NCBI GenBank assembly: GCA_051530055.1
Contig: CM121343.1
Location: 6,542,389 to 6,606,388 of the forward strand
Direction: 5' to 3'
Length of the DNA stretch: 64,000 nucleotides
From: Neoechinorhynchus agilis
Taxonomy: Eukaryota > Animalia > Acanthocephala
This document shows positions 12,639-25,019 of this stretch, in pieces. The translations under genes were made by a program, and so were the position numbers. The notes under the pieces are model-generated. The model had not been told where the DNA came from. It saw only the letters and a program-made list of their open reading frames with translations, and ran no database searches. The number at the start of each line of letters is the position of its first letter. Positions within the stretch are counted from its first letter, which is position 1.

Positions 12639-13261
12639 AGTAAGGGAGATTCAATTAAGTATTGCCAAGAAAATCCCTGTCGAGTCTCCTTAACCACTTA
12701 ATCGTTTTGTTCTATGGAAAACTGGAACTTTTTACACAATTGGCATAAATGGAACATTGAAATGAATACTATCAATTAGCCGTTATTCATTGTTTTGTCA
12801 ATCTTTAATTGCATAGAACAAAATCCATTGTCACACTAAAAAAGGGTTAGTAAGGATTTTAAATATAATAGAATGGAAAATGCAAGACGCGATAAAATTA
12901 ATTCATTTAGGTACAAACAAGAACTTTTGAACTAATGAAGTCTTCAAAATGACTCATTGATCTTTGAACAAAAGTTAGCGATCGAAGAAAACTATGGATC
13001 CCGAAAATTTACAGTTCAATTTAAAACCCCAATTAAAGACATGAATGCGCAGTTCGCGCCCTTCGAAAAATTGCAATTGCAAACCGTTAAAATAAAATCG
13101 ATTTTTTGTTTTTATTTAAACCTTTTGCAGATAAAGCGCAAGATCAGAACATCTTTTAATGTTCAAAATTCATTTTATCAATTAAAATGGCAAACTTAAT
13201 TTTAAAAACTATTCGTAATTTAAATGGCAAAAAATAATATAACATTATTTTTACAGAAGCG

Positions 13262-13560
13262 ATTTTGCGCTTTAGAAAAGGACGGTGGGATTCGTCTCAT
13301 CGCGATTGGCTCTACATTGAGACGAATAGCAAGGAAAGTGATTTCACTGCGAACCATGATTTTGGGTTTATCAAAATCCATAAGGTGTCCATGACGGGCA
13401 AAATGATTGAGCACGGCAGAACTTTCATTAGTTCCCCTTCTAACTGCGTATTGATGCTTTTTAATTCCTCGGACTATCGTTTGTCATTTCAACGTAAGAG
13501 CAAGCTCTGGATTAAGCCGAAATATCGATTCAATAAATTGACATAATTATTGTCGCCGCT
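13262..13560 (+). mobile_element. Decayed RT fragment of a CRE-like non-LTR retrotransposon
   Basis: CALEKDGGIRLIAIGSTLRRIARKV from 13266, homologous to KKDGGICPIAIGCTLRRLAAKV in ORF 53069-53443; frameshifted afterwards. Confidence 0.65.
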
Positions 13561-16240
13561 ACACAACAATCACGAGCAGTTTCATTTTTCAATATACCCA
13601 TTATCCTCGACGATACCACGATTCGCCGCATGTCGCACTGCTTACGCTCGACGCTGCTGACGTAGGCCCACGCGGATCACGAGAAGACGGACGCTGGGTC
13701 ACTCTTATTCCGGGGTGTGCCAGCTCGTGAATCGCGTCGAATACACGTCTGCGCCACGATGTTGGTATTATCGGTCTTTGTGTTCCGATTGAAAACGTCA
13801 CAGAGAAGCGTTAATCCTTCGTTACCAATGGGAACGTCTCGAAGACGCAGTGCTGATTTCGCTGTCCGCAATGCCTGTGTTTCGGGATCTTCTTGTTGAT
13901 CTTGAGACATTGCTTCAAAAGAGATACCTTCGTTAACGTTGGCTAGAATAACCCTCAAAAGCGTATCGGCGACTTGATTGCTGCGCCCACTCGCATGCTC
14001 TACGTTCGTGGTGTATTCTGAGATGTAGCTCAAATGTCTTTGTTGTCGAGCGGACCAAGGGTCCGAAGCTTTGGCCATAGCAAAAATCAGTGACCGATGA
14101 TCTGTGAAAACGGTTTATGGTCGTCCCTCTACTGTATAGCGGAAGTGTCCGATTGCCAAGTAAATTGCCAGCAGTTCTCAATCGAATGTACTGTACTTTT
14201 GCTCTGGCTTTCGTAGTTGACGACTGAAAAAGGCTAATGGCTTCCAATCTCCTGAAATCCTCTGTTGTAGGACTGCTCCAACAGCGTAATTAGAAGCGTC
14301 CGTTGTGATTGCTATTGGCGCATTTTTTGCCGGATGCGTGAGCATTGTGGCGTCAGCTAATGCTTGCTTCGCGCTTTCAAAAGCTCAATTCATCTCCTCA
14401 GTCCATTCAAAAATCTTCTTCGAAGGGTTCTTTGACATCGCTTGATAAAGTGGGCGCAATAACTTCGATTCTGCAGGAATAAAGTGATGATAGAAGTTTA
14501 TCATACCCACGAATTCCTGCAATGCCTTTACCGTTCTTGGGCGGGGAAAGTTTCGGGTGGATTCTACCTTGATCGGTGTGGGAATCGTACCTTCTTTACT
14601 TACTCGACGACCAAGAAAATCGAGAGCTCTGACTCCGAATTCGCATTTCGGTAACTTGATAGCAAGTCGGTGTTCTGCTAGACGAGTGAATAGAATTCTT
14701 AGGTCCTGCAAATGTTCTGATTCGTTGTTATTTGCAATCAAAATATCGTCGAGGTAGACGAAGGCAAAGTCGAGACCGGAGCGGACAGCGTCCACCAGCC
14801 GTTGGAAGGTTTGTGCAGCGTTCTTGAGGCCGAAGGGCATCCTTAAAAACTCGAATAAACCGAAGGGGGTGATTATGGCTGTCTTGGGTATGTCTTGCTC
14901 AGCGACTGGTATCTGATGGTAGCCGCGAACCAAATCTACCTTCGAAAAGATTGCTGGTCCAAATAATCGCGCGGAAAAGTCCCGTATATGTGGTACTGGA
15001 TATCTGTCAGGAGTCGTTGCTTCATTCAGGCGACGATAGTCTCCACACGGGCGCCATGTGCCGTCTGATTTCGGGACTACATGAAGTGGAGACGCCCACC
15101 GACTGTTCGACCGTCTGACTATTCCGAGCGATTCCAATTTGTGGAACTCGGTTTGAGCGATCGCTAATTTTTCAGAAGGGAGACGTCTTGAGCGAGCATG
15201 GATAGGAGCGCAACTAGTTTGGATGTAGTGCTGCACATCGTGTTTAACGACTGGGTCCGAAAAGTTGTGATTGATGACGTTTGGGAATTCGTTCAGAATA
15301 TTGGTGTAAGGTGAGTCATCCTTAATTGTTGTCTCAGAAATCTTTACTCACGAAATGTTGGTTATTCTATTCGTTTCCGGATATATTAACCGTTTCCCAC
15401 GCACATCGACGAGAAGTCCGGAATGTCCGAGAAAGTCCGCACCCAATATAGATTGTCGCACTGATGCAATCAGGAACTTCCAATTTATCGTATTATCTCC
15501 GAGTTTTACCACTACCATTTTGCTTCCAAATGTATTAATGGATGAACCATTAGCAGTCGTGAGTGTTTGATTATAAGTGGTTGTTGATTTATCAGATATC
15601 GTTGCGGGAATGACACTAACTTCGGCACCATGATCACAGACGTAAAATAAACTATTTATTTCCTCGGCTTTATTCGCGGAATTATTTCTCATCGAAAAGG
15701 AAGATCTGCATCGTTTAGCCTTCGCACCATATCGCTGATGGTAAAAACATATTCCACCTTGTTTCCTGCTGGACCGCCGTATCGAAGACGTGGTGAACTG
15801 CATAGCCTTCCATAGTTCGTCGGCCGCTTGTGCTAATTTTCTAGGATCCGTTATCTTGGCGTGTACTGGGACCGATCGAATATCCTCGGGTAAGATTTGA
15901 GTGAACAGGAAACATGATAGGTGCTTTTGTCCATCAACTCCGATGGTTACGCTCGGACTCAGAGAGCGAGAATGCATCCAATAGGCGACTCTTCAGCGCT
16001 TCGTATTTGTTCGCTTGAGGTGGACACTCTAAAATATCAATCACACGCCCGGCGGTATCTTGATCGAGGGCTGCGGTGATATAGTAGAACTTGGTGTCAT
16101 CTGAAGCACAATCTTTCGCAAGGTGAGCCTCGGCCTGTGCAAACCACACACGAGAGGTTGCTGAACCCAGAACTTGGGCAATTTAAGGCTCACTGTTCGT
16201 ATTGATGTATCGTCCATACTGGCAAGTACGTTTTACAAGC

Positions 16241-16253
16241 ATCGGGGTCACCA
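16241..16253 (-). promoter_or_regulatory. Primer-binding site, tRNA-Trp type
   Basis: TGGTGACCCCGAT 1 nt after the LTR's CA; complementary to the eukaryotic tRNA-Trp 3' end (...CGGGGUCACCA). Confidence 0.85.
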
Positions 16254-16254
16254 A

Positions 16255-16366
16255 TGTAGAGAGAGTCGCAATTTGTTTTCTCTCAGTCCACACCTCTGGT
16301 TATATACATACAAACGCACCTGACAGACCTCTGATGTTATCAGAATGTGTAGTCGTTGTCGCTACA
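16255..16366 (-). repeat. 5' LTR of the gypsy element (112 bp)
   Basis: Minus strand begins TGTAG and ends CTACA (5-bp inverted termini), immediately followed by the PBS. Confidence 0.8.
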
Positions 16367-17337
16367 TTTATATAGAAAATTATAAAACATAGTGAAAGTC
16401 AAGCAGTCGAATAGTTCTTCGTGTTGAATTAAATGCCTTTAATGTTTAAAAATTATTATAGATTCTTGTCATGAGGTCAAACGCTTAAAAATCTCAATAA
16501 ATTAAACGACTGTATTGCAATTTTATAGCTTATCACTTGCTTGTATTTCTTTAAATTTCATTTCATGAATTGTAGATTGATTTCTTAATCACATTTTTTC
16601 TTTTTCATTGCCGTTGACTTCGAGGGATTAAAACAAAACGTTCATTTTGACAAATATTCCGGAGTTTTATTCCTTCTTCCAAAACAACCTAGGGAAAAAG
16701 TTAAAGTCAATGAGGACGCTAACTCGTACCCTGCGGCCCCCAAGGGCTAAATACGACTCAAGGTTCCACCAAGGTCAACGGGTCAAACTTTCGACTTTCG
16801 TGAGGTTCCCAGCGAGAGATCCATTCTAACTTAAGCAACGGAGGGACGAGCTAACCTCTTCATGGACTTTGTTTTAACTCCTTACCGTGAAGAAAGAGTA
16901 AACCTCTGAAATATTAGTCCAAATTCCTTTCAATCGCGTAAAGTGCTAATGGCTGGGAATTTGTAAGTTATCGCCTTAAACTCCATTTGAACCTTTGAGG
17001 GGGTTAGACCCGGTGACTCGTTTGTGCGAGCCGGCGGTCAAGGGTCCTTTTCATCGCCTTCAATTGCTCGAAGTTCGATTCACACGGCGATGAATTGAGA
17101 TAAACAAGCTCTTAACCCAAATAACCAGGAATCGCAATGTTAAGAAACTCATCGGTGTTAAAATCGAGCAATGACACCAAACAAGTTTTAAACGCTCTAA
17201 TCTCTGTTCCAAGTTCTACTCGTCTACGTTTTCAAAATACACCGTCTATCAATTCAGTTTTATCAATGATAATCATTGGCCGGCGGCTACCGAAAAATGT
17301 GATAAAAAATTCACGAACATTCGAAAGCATTTACCAC

Positions 17338-17916
17338 TCATTTCTTTTCGTGAGACGTGCTCACATGATTAAGAATATCCCAGATTTTATATCTTTCCTC
17401 TTCTGCTTCGTTTGACAAATCAATGATTAAAAAGAATTCCAGATCCAATCTAATACAAATCATTCCCGTTCGTTTAAGCTCGTCTTTTGTGCTCGTAAAA
17501 ACATGATTATCAGAAAATCCTAACTTCATTTTGAACCCCTTGTTTTTAGCTCCAGTTATATTCAAAGCAAGAATGGTTCCCGTTATGACATTTTCATAAA
17601 TTTTTAGAATACATTTGAATTCCTCGGATCGATCAATGGCTTTTACAAATCTAGCTTTAACGTTGTCAGCAGTGCACAATATTTTTTCTTTAAGAGATTC
17701 TTTATCCTGTACGTCCACTAATTTTACGTAATCACTGAAAGTTTCCACCTCCATTTCATAAGAACGCTTGGCTTCTTCAATGCCCACCTGAAGTGCAAAA
17801 AGTTTATTAATAAACCGCTCAATGGGTTCATCAACAGCCGTCATAAATGATGCCGAGAGTTCGTCAAGAGCTGAGTCCAATCGGCCCAGAGATTGTTGAA
17901 GTGATGAACCGTTCAT
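17338..17916 (-). CDS. 192-aa ORF of unknown function, N-terminal coiled coil (possibly a TE gag-like remnant or an internal exon)
   Basis: Long open frame in AT-rich DNA; TTTTCAG acceptor directly before the ATG; stop-riddled protein-like frames continue to about 17000. Confidence 0.4.
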   Translation of the reverse strand: MNGSSLQQSLGRLDSALDELSASFMTAVDEPIERFINKLFALQVGIEEAKRSYEMEVETFSDYVKLVDVQDKESLKEKILCTADNVKARFVKAIDRSEEFKCILKIYENVITGTILALNITGAKNKGFKMKLGFSDNHVFTSTKDELKRTGMICIRLDLEFFLIIDLSNEAEEERYKIWDILNHVSTSHEKK

Positions 17917-17974
17917 CTGAAAACGAAGATGGCAAATACAAATTTAAAATGATCAACCAAAGAATGGTTTTTTA

Positions 17975-20230
17975 TTTAAGTGTTTTAAGTTAAAATGAAA
18001 TAAAGTTCATTCTTTTCGTTCACAAATTCCCCCTTTTCGTCCAATTCTGAAGCTGTCGTCATGATTGTTCGGCAGCTTCCTTGATAGCCGCGGCATTGCC
18101 ACGTTGGATCGCCGCGCTGATTCGCTGCAACAGGAAGCTGCTCGAGCGCATGTCGCGGGTGGCATATTTCAGCATCTTTCCTAGTCGGGAAAGGAAATAA
18201 TCGGCTTCTTTTCCGAAGCATCCCAGCGTTTCCAAAGCAATCGGGATGAATATATATTGATGCCCATTGAGCGAGTACTTATGCCGCGTCCTTTCCTCGC
18301 TGAGGCTGGAGACTGCTCCCGGCTTTGAAGTGGCATCCTGTAAGTGGGACGCCGCGAGCGTGTTGGGAAAAGTAAAATCCCAAACCAGTATTTTCCCGGG
18401 ATACCATGGGAGGAGAGTCGCTCTATCAGGGCGTTTACCGTCGTTCCGGGAGAGTCCGACCGGTTCGAATCGAGCGGGAAAACCGGCCGTTGAGAGGGCT
18501 TCCTTGATTATGCGGTTGACTGCTGATTGCCGTGCGTGGCGGGCATTTGAACGCTTGCACTCAAGGCCGTGAGTTCCCGACCTGTTCACGGTCTCACCCC
18601 ACCGACATATATGAGCCTGAGAAATCGATGCCTAACCGAAGTCCCACAGCGACGGTGATGGCTTGGTCATCCAGCCTCGTGCCAGCAGCCGTGATCAGGG
18701 AGCCGAGACTGCCAAGAGACGAGCTCTATCGTTGGGAGATGAGCATGAGTTGAGAAGCTGCTGATAGGACGCAGTGTGGAGCGAGGCAGCCCAACGTTTT
18801 TGGGAGTTTGTTTCCGTTAAAACGATCTGTCCGAACACTAACGTCCATTGAGCGTGCGTTTCGATCAGTTCAGGTGGTGGATGCGACTCAAATCGAGTGT
18901 GTGGTGGGATGATTCTCAGCACCATGTCTGAAGAGGCCGAAATCGATGATGAAAAAGCAAGAATTGCTACTTTGGTGACACTCTGGATGCCAAGACCGCC
19001 GAATCGAATGGGAAGGGTCGCCTATTTCCATGCTGTGTCGGACAGCCGTAGTTTGAGGACTTCTGACAAGGTTGATCGAACGCAGTTGTCGAAATCCCTT
19101 TTGAGCACTGACTTGAAGCATGGAGAAGTCCTTAGAAGGTAAGCGATCTTCGGTAGGGACAGACATCGTCCTAATATGAAAAGAGCGTCGTGTCGCACGA
19201 TGTGCAAGAGCCTAGAGGCAGTGAGCCGCAATTGATCGATGGTTTTTGAGAGGAACGTTTCCAGGTTAGACAGGTTACCGATTGAAGACCCGAGAATGTC
19301 AGCTGAGTCGGTTGCAGTTGTCTTTGCTCCGGGCAGTACGGTGAGCAGTCTCGATGCATCCTCTTGGTCGTCTTAAATTATCTCGCATTTTTCCGTTCTC
19401 AGGAATAGTCCGATATCGGCAACCATTTCTCGGGCTCTGTACCCGACGGATCATAATTTGGCTTGAAGCAACTCCGTCCGCGTGGAGGATGTCCTTGTTC
19501 GGCGCGAGTAGGCGGCCAGTTCCGCTTACAAGTCGAACGGCACACGATCGCCGTCCTCCAGCTTCTCGGAGCATTTTGCACGTAGTTGAGAGTCCGGGTC
19601 GTGAGGAGCACTACGGCGATGGCTCTGCCATCCAAGATGATCGACTTGTTGAAGGGACTCGAAAGCGTCGGACCTGTTGCGAATCTTTTGGCTAAGCGAT
19701 TGATTCTCGTTGGCTTGAGATGTTTGTGTGGGAACACGTAAGATGGCTTTCGGCAACGCGAGATTGAACCAGTCAGATGGTACGGTTTGATCACGTAGGA
19801 TGCGCTCAATCAGGCATGCTAATTTGGAGGCTACTGAGGGCCTGGCGCCTCGCGGGATTCGTCTAATCATGCGGGTACCGTATGAAAGCTTCTCGATCAG
19901 TGCTGGAGGTGGGCCATTCGTGTCTATGACCACCGTTGTGAGTTCAGTTGGATTGGATGAGTTGGATGAAGACGGAGAGGCAGGCTGAGTTGGCGGTTTT
20001 CTGGATCCAGGGCAATGCGACCCATGTTGACTGTGGGAGCGAACGAGACCACTGAGAGTTGGTTTGAAGACACGAAGACAAACACTGCATTTGACGGATT
20101 TGCATTGGAGACTGGGCACCCTCTTGCCAGCGAGCGAAAGAGCCGGCGCGGCGGACGTTGTTGCGTAAAAGTGGATTGTTTGCGGGTTTTTTGTAAACAT
20201 CGAAAAGTGAAAGGCTCGTCGGAGAGTTAT
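17975..20230 (-). mobile_element. Internally deleted CRE-like (RLE-type) non-LTR retrotransposon
   Basis: N-terminal CSVC..HSQH zinc finger (19526-20200), post-RT thumb HDALFILGRCLSLPK (19022-19231), GGLG motif, CCHC plus restriction-like endonuclease GKRPD...VWDFT...KY...PIALET.G (18059-18589) and an A-rich 3' tail. The RT core (QGDP/YLDD) is absent and there are frameshifts. Confidence 0.9.
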
Positions 20231-20452
20231 AATTTAACATTCGAATTACCATTTTCGAATGAGCTTTCCAAATTAAAATTTGAATCATCGAAACGAGCTA
20301 AGAAGTTGAGCAATAGTTAAAATAGGAGAGCAAAATGCATAGCTCAATGACATTAAAATCTTATTTATTGCGATCAAATAAATTTCCGCTTAAAGTAACT
20401 TTGATGTATAATTCAAATCCTGCAAAGTATTTTCCTCAATTTAGAAGAATGT

Positions 20453-21862
20453 AATATAAATTGGCGCAAAAGAGAATTTTAAATTATTATTTAGCAGTCT
20501 CTTTGGGTGAACGTTTTTTTCATTTAAAGTTGAATTATTTCAACCAGTAAAGAAGAAAAATAAAGTCTTTACTAGAATACGCGGATTAGCTTTGATTTTA
20601 TTAAAAAAGATTAAGATTATTCTTAAAAAAGCAAATAAATTGGTGCTCCCTAAAAGAGCAAATAAATTGGCGCAATATAGAATTTTAAATTAGCATTCAA
20701 CGTTATCCTATGAGTAAACTTTTTTCACTTAAAGTTCAATTATTTCAACCAGTAAAGAAGAAAAATAAAGTCTTTACTAGAATACACGGATTAGCTTTGA
20801 TTTTATTAAAAAAAGATTAAGATTATTCTTAAAAAAGCAAATAAATTGGTGCTCCCTAAAAGAGCAAATAAATTGGCGCAATATAGAATTTTAAATTAGC
20901 ATTCAGCGTAATCCTTTGAGTAAACTTTTTTCATTTAAAGTTCAATTATTTCAACCAGTAAAGAAGAAAAATAAAGTCTTTACTAGAATACACGGATTAG
21001 CTTTGATTTTATTAAAAAAGATTAAGATTATTCTTAAAAAAGCAAATAAATTGGTGCTCCTAAAAGAGCAAATAAATTGGCGCAATATAGAATTTTAAAT
21101 TAGCATTCAGCGTAATCCTTTGAGTAAACTTTTTTCATTTAAAGTTCAATTATTTCAACCAGTAAAGAAGAAAAATAAAGTCTTTACTAGAATACACGGA
21201 TTAGCTTTGATTTTATTAAAAAAGATTAAGATTATTCTTAAAAAAGCAAATAAATTGGTGCTCCCTAAAAGAGCAAATAAATTGGCGCAATATAGAATTT
21301 TAAATTAGCATTCAGCGTAATCCTTTGAGTAAACTTTTTTCACTTAAAGTTCAATTATTTCAACCAGTAAAGAAGAAAAATAAAGTCTTTACTAGAATAC
21401 ACGGATTAGCTTTGATTTTATTAAAAAAGATTAAGATTATTCTTAAAAAAGCAAATAAATTGGTGCTCCCTAAAAGAGCAAATAAATTGGCGCAATATAG
21501 AATTTTAAATTAGCATTCAGCGTAATCCTTTGAGTAAACTTTTTTCATTTAAAGTTCAATTATTTCAACCAGTAAAGAAGAAAAATAAAGTCTTTACTAG
21601 AATACACGGATTAGCTTTGATTTTATTAAAAAAGATTAAGATTATTCTTAAAAAAGCAAATAAATTGGTGCTCCCTAAAAGAGCAAATAAATTGGCGCAA
21701 TATAGAATTTTAAATTAGCATTCAGCGTAATCCTTTGAGTAAACTTTTTTCATTTAAAGTTCAATTATTTCAACCAGTAAAGAAGAAAAATAAAGTCTTT
21801 ACTAGAATACGCGGATTAGCTTTGATTTTATTGAAAAGGATTAAGATTATTCCTAAAAGAGC
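20453..21862. repeat. AT-rich tandem array, 204-205-bp unit, about 7 copies
   Basis: Repeated identical ORFs at 21120, 21325, 21530 and 21735 (205-bp spacing); internal gcaaataaattgg duplication. Confidence 0.95.
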
Positions 21863-23708
21863 ACCGCAATCATGGTCCTTTTTCATAAGTATTGAGGACG
21901 GCTTAGTTTCAGATTAATTTATAAGCCTGATTATGGAAAACAAAACTGCGAAAAATCGTAGCCGGAAGAATGTCAGAAATGTAAATATTTAGGAACATTT
22001 TTTAATGGGAGCCCCGGTTGAACAAATTGATGAAAAAAAAGATTATCTTTGGTGAAAACTCAGTATTGGTATTCCTTTCATAAAATTGATTAGCTCACGT
22101 GAAAACTCAGTATTGGCATTCCTTTTCGTTGCAATGAATCTTTTAACACGTTTCCTCAACTCGTGCAAAACGTACAATCACCATCGTCCCCAAAATCTCA
22201 GCTTTTCTCCTTCCTCGGCTGTCGCTATCACGCTAACAGCATTGCCTCGTTGTACTACTACAAATTGATTATATTTCGTTGGTTTTCAATATTGGCAATA
22301 TTTTTTTATGCGTAGATTGCGTTTATAAAATGCATTTCAACTAAGCGGAGACCGAGAAATTTAAATGAAGTTTAAATTTAATCTATTGTGTCATATAAAA
22401 TGCGAACATAAATCCAACTTTTTTAATTTTAAGAAACCAAAATTGAAAAAACCAATTTATAATGTGAACTGTATAGAGAATTTGTACCTGCCTGTGAAAA
22501 AATTGATCAATTTTAAAATTTAAATTACGACCTACGAATACTAAAGATAATTTAATAAAAGTCGCATTCTGAGAAAATGCGCTTATTAATTCCAAAATGA
22601 AAACGCATCTCGCTCTGGAAGAATGCACTTCATTATATTAAAGGAAATAGTTAAATTCCATGCGACCTGACTGAAGAAGTCCAGTGCGATTGGACGAAAT
22701 ATTTCAATTAGTTCATTGTTTGATGTAATTTTTACCCAGATATCAATCTGAGATTTGCTTTAAATTTCAACAAGATTCGAAATCATTTTTGAAAGTATAT
22801 CTGATTCATTTGTTTAGTGAAATTATTTTCTAAAAAATTAAATTTCATGTCATAGAATTTTATTGCATTTCTTAAATCTATTTTTTGTAAGCCACGAGAT
22901 TGCGAAATTGCTTAATCCGATTTTCTTCAGAATAAATACGACGAAATCCATGAAAATTCCATTTCTTAGAGTATGATACAAAATTTAGAAATCAATATTT
23001 TCTTATGATTTATCCTTCAATTGTTACAAATAATCGTTCCATGGCTCCCAAACTTCAAAGAAAATTTTATGATCGTAAATATCGAAGGTCTTTTAAGAGT
23101 TTATTAACAACGTTCTGCGACCCCTGTTGTGTTCATCATCAATTTGCTAATTAACGTATTTAATAAAAATTATTTACCGGGTGAAGTCTTAGTGATTTTT
23201 GATACTTATTATTGTGCTTATTTTTTAAGGCAAAAATGCGCTATGCGAAAAAAAATCGAAAATGAGTCATGTGATTCACGGAGTACGAAAATTCTAATCT
23301 GTATAAATCAGAGAATATAAAATTGGTATTAAATTGCAAAATATGCACTTCTGTTGTTTTTGTATGTGTTAAAATTGAATTCTTCGTATTCAAAGTATTT
23401 GATTGTCATTTCTTGGACGTATTATGTTCCGTAAAGCAATTTCTGAATGTGTTTTTTTTATTGGACCGTACTTTTAACGTGCACAAAGAAGGAGATATTT
23501 ATATTTACTCTTAAAATTATAGCTGTTGTATGGTTGAATGATATTTAAAAGAACTGATTTAGTTCAACGAGGACACACTGCTCGTGGAGATAATCCAATG
23601 CGCCTATAATCCACTGCAGCGGTCACAATACTCGTTTTGAACTATGGAGAGAGTTCTGCGTTCAACCACGCTCACCGAGCGCTCAACAACAACAGCGCAT
23701 AACCGTCT

Positions 23709-24350
23709 TCATTTCAACACAAAGAAGTTATCGAGCAACGTCAATAAGACATTGTCTCTCAGTGATTCCTCAATAAAGTCTTTCATATGGACAGTGTTGT
23801 TCTTGACATTGCTGATGCGTGAAAAAACCATGGAGACCCTTTTCTTGGGTGACATGTCGCCTGCCCTATTCTGGACGCCTAACAAATCATAGGCAAGGTT
23901 GATTACTTGTGTCCAAGTCTTTCTATCTGCATAATCGTCAATCGGCGTTTTCATTCGATATAATATTTGTAATTTAACGTCCAACGGAATTTTGGACCTG
24001 ATACTGAGGGCGACGAGCATCTGTGTGAAAGTTATCTTTTTTGCATGCTCAACATCGAACGCCCTGTATATCCATTGGCAGTAGGTGACCGTGTCCATGG
24101 ACGATTTGAGTGCAGCGTCAAATGATCGCTTAAAATGGTCTTTATCTACTGTCCCGTCTGGAAAATCCTGGATGAACCGTTGATACCAATCTTGGATCAT
24201 CTCTTTTGTGTACCGTCTGTTGAGGAGAAGGAGCTCCAACTCCTTCCTGGGTATTTCTTTGATGGGTGGAACTTCCGGGTCTTTGTGGACCCCTGTGTTG
24301 GCACCGTTTGTGTTTTTCTGTTGCTTGGTTTTCTTGCTCTTTTTACCCAT
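23709..24350 (-). CDS. Neuronal calcium sensor (recoverin/neurocalcin family)-like protein, intronless, degenerate EF hands
   Basis: MGKKSK N-terminus; EMIQDWYQRFIQDFPDGTVDKDHFK, IYRAFD, ALS...KLQILYRM and DFIEESLRDNVLLTLL follow the NCS fold. 213 aa from the ATG at 24350. Confidence 0.85.
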   Translation of the reverse strand: MGKKSKKTKQQKNTNGANTGVHKDPEVPPIKEIPRKELELLLLNRRYTKEMIQDWYQRFIQDFPDGTVDKDHFKRSFDAALKSSMDTVTYCQWIYRAFDVEHAKKITFTQMLVALSIRSKIPLDVKLQILYRMKTPIDDYADRKTWTQVINLAYDLLGVQNRAGDMSPKKRVSMVFSRISNVKNNTVHMKDFIEESLRDNVLLTLLDNFFVLK

Positions 24351-24479
24351 CTTAAACGATATGAATACTTTTGAAGAGGTCAGCAGACGAAGGACCAACG
24401 ATAACTTCTAGACTAACGAAAAACCCTATTTGTTATCTTACTAGTTGTATGGCCGTGTTAAATAAAATAAAAATGCAGC

Positions 24480-24558
24480 GGTGGTGGTGGTGGTGGTGGT
24501 GCGGTGACAAAATGCACACCGACCGGCGTGGAACTATGAGTTGCCATTGGCTGATTGG
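24480..24558 (-). promoter_or_regulatory. (GGT)7 microsatellite and two CCAAT boxes upstream of the NCS-like gene
   Basis: attgg at 24546-24550 and 24554-24558 (CCAAT on minus) about 200 bp upstream of the ATG, in a locally GC-richer region. Confidence 0.4.
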
Positions 24559-25019
24559 TGGTTGTGCTCTATTGTCTAATTTACTCAAGGTGCGGTGCAG
24601 GTAACGGCACTTTTATGAAGTCATCCAGAAAAAAGATAGGCAGACAAGACGTGTACTATATAGAGTGAAGCAACGATGAGGGGGAGAGAGAGAAAGGTAA
24701 GGGGACTGGGAGTGTGTGACTGATGACAAACGAAATGAGAAGACAAAGACCATTGCTACGTTACTTTAGACGACTACTATGAGCATACATCAACAATACT
24801 CATGGAGCACACGTGACAGAGAGCGAAAATATCCGGTTTACTATCCGTCTTTAAGCTTCGTGAACTCGTCTCAAGAAAAAACGATAAAAATCCCATCCGA
24901 AAACGTGAACCTTATCGAATCGTTCAACCGAAAAATTCAACGCCATTAGCACGTTCAAATGCAAACAAAAAAGTGGTTGTTTAACGTGGATAAAATAGGG
25001 CGAGCTATCAAGTGAGACG

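Larger units (their letters stand above)
13640..16366 (-). mobile_element. Decayed Ty3/gypsy LTR retrotransposon (CsRn1/Kabuki-like), 3'-truncated
   Basis: Gag SLKLPKFW...WFAQAEAHL (ATG at 16217), CFYHQRYG knuckle, protease D-H-GAEVSVIP, RT with YLDD (14385-15236), frameshifted RNase H (TTDASNY, FTDH, ARQQRHLSYISEY) and integrase zinc finger HELAHPG. No integrase core or 3' LTR seen. Confidence 0.95.

Noticed and set aside
17040-17100. gttcgattc T-loop-like motif inside a tcatcgcc/ggcgatga stem
   Set aside because: No D-arm or anticodon arm and no acceptor stem geometry of a tRNA.
24371-24604. ORF with poly-Trp (RWWWWWWC)
   Set aside because: Translation of the (GGT)n microsatellite.
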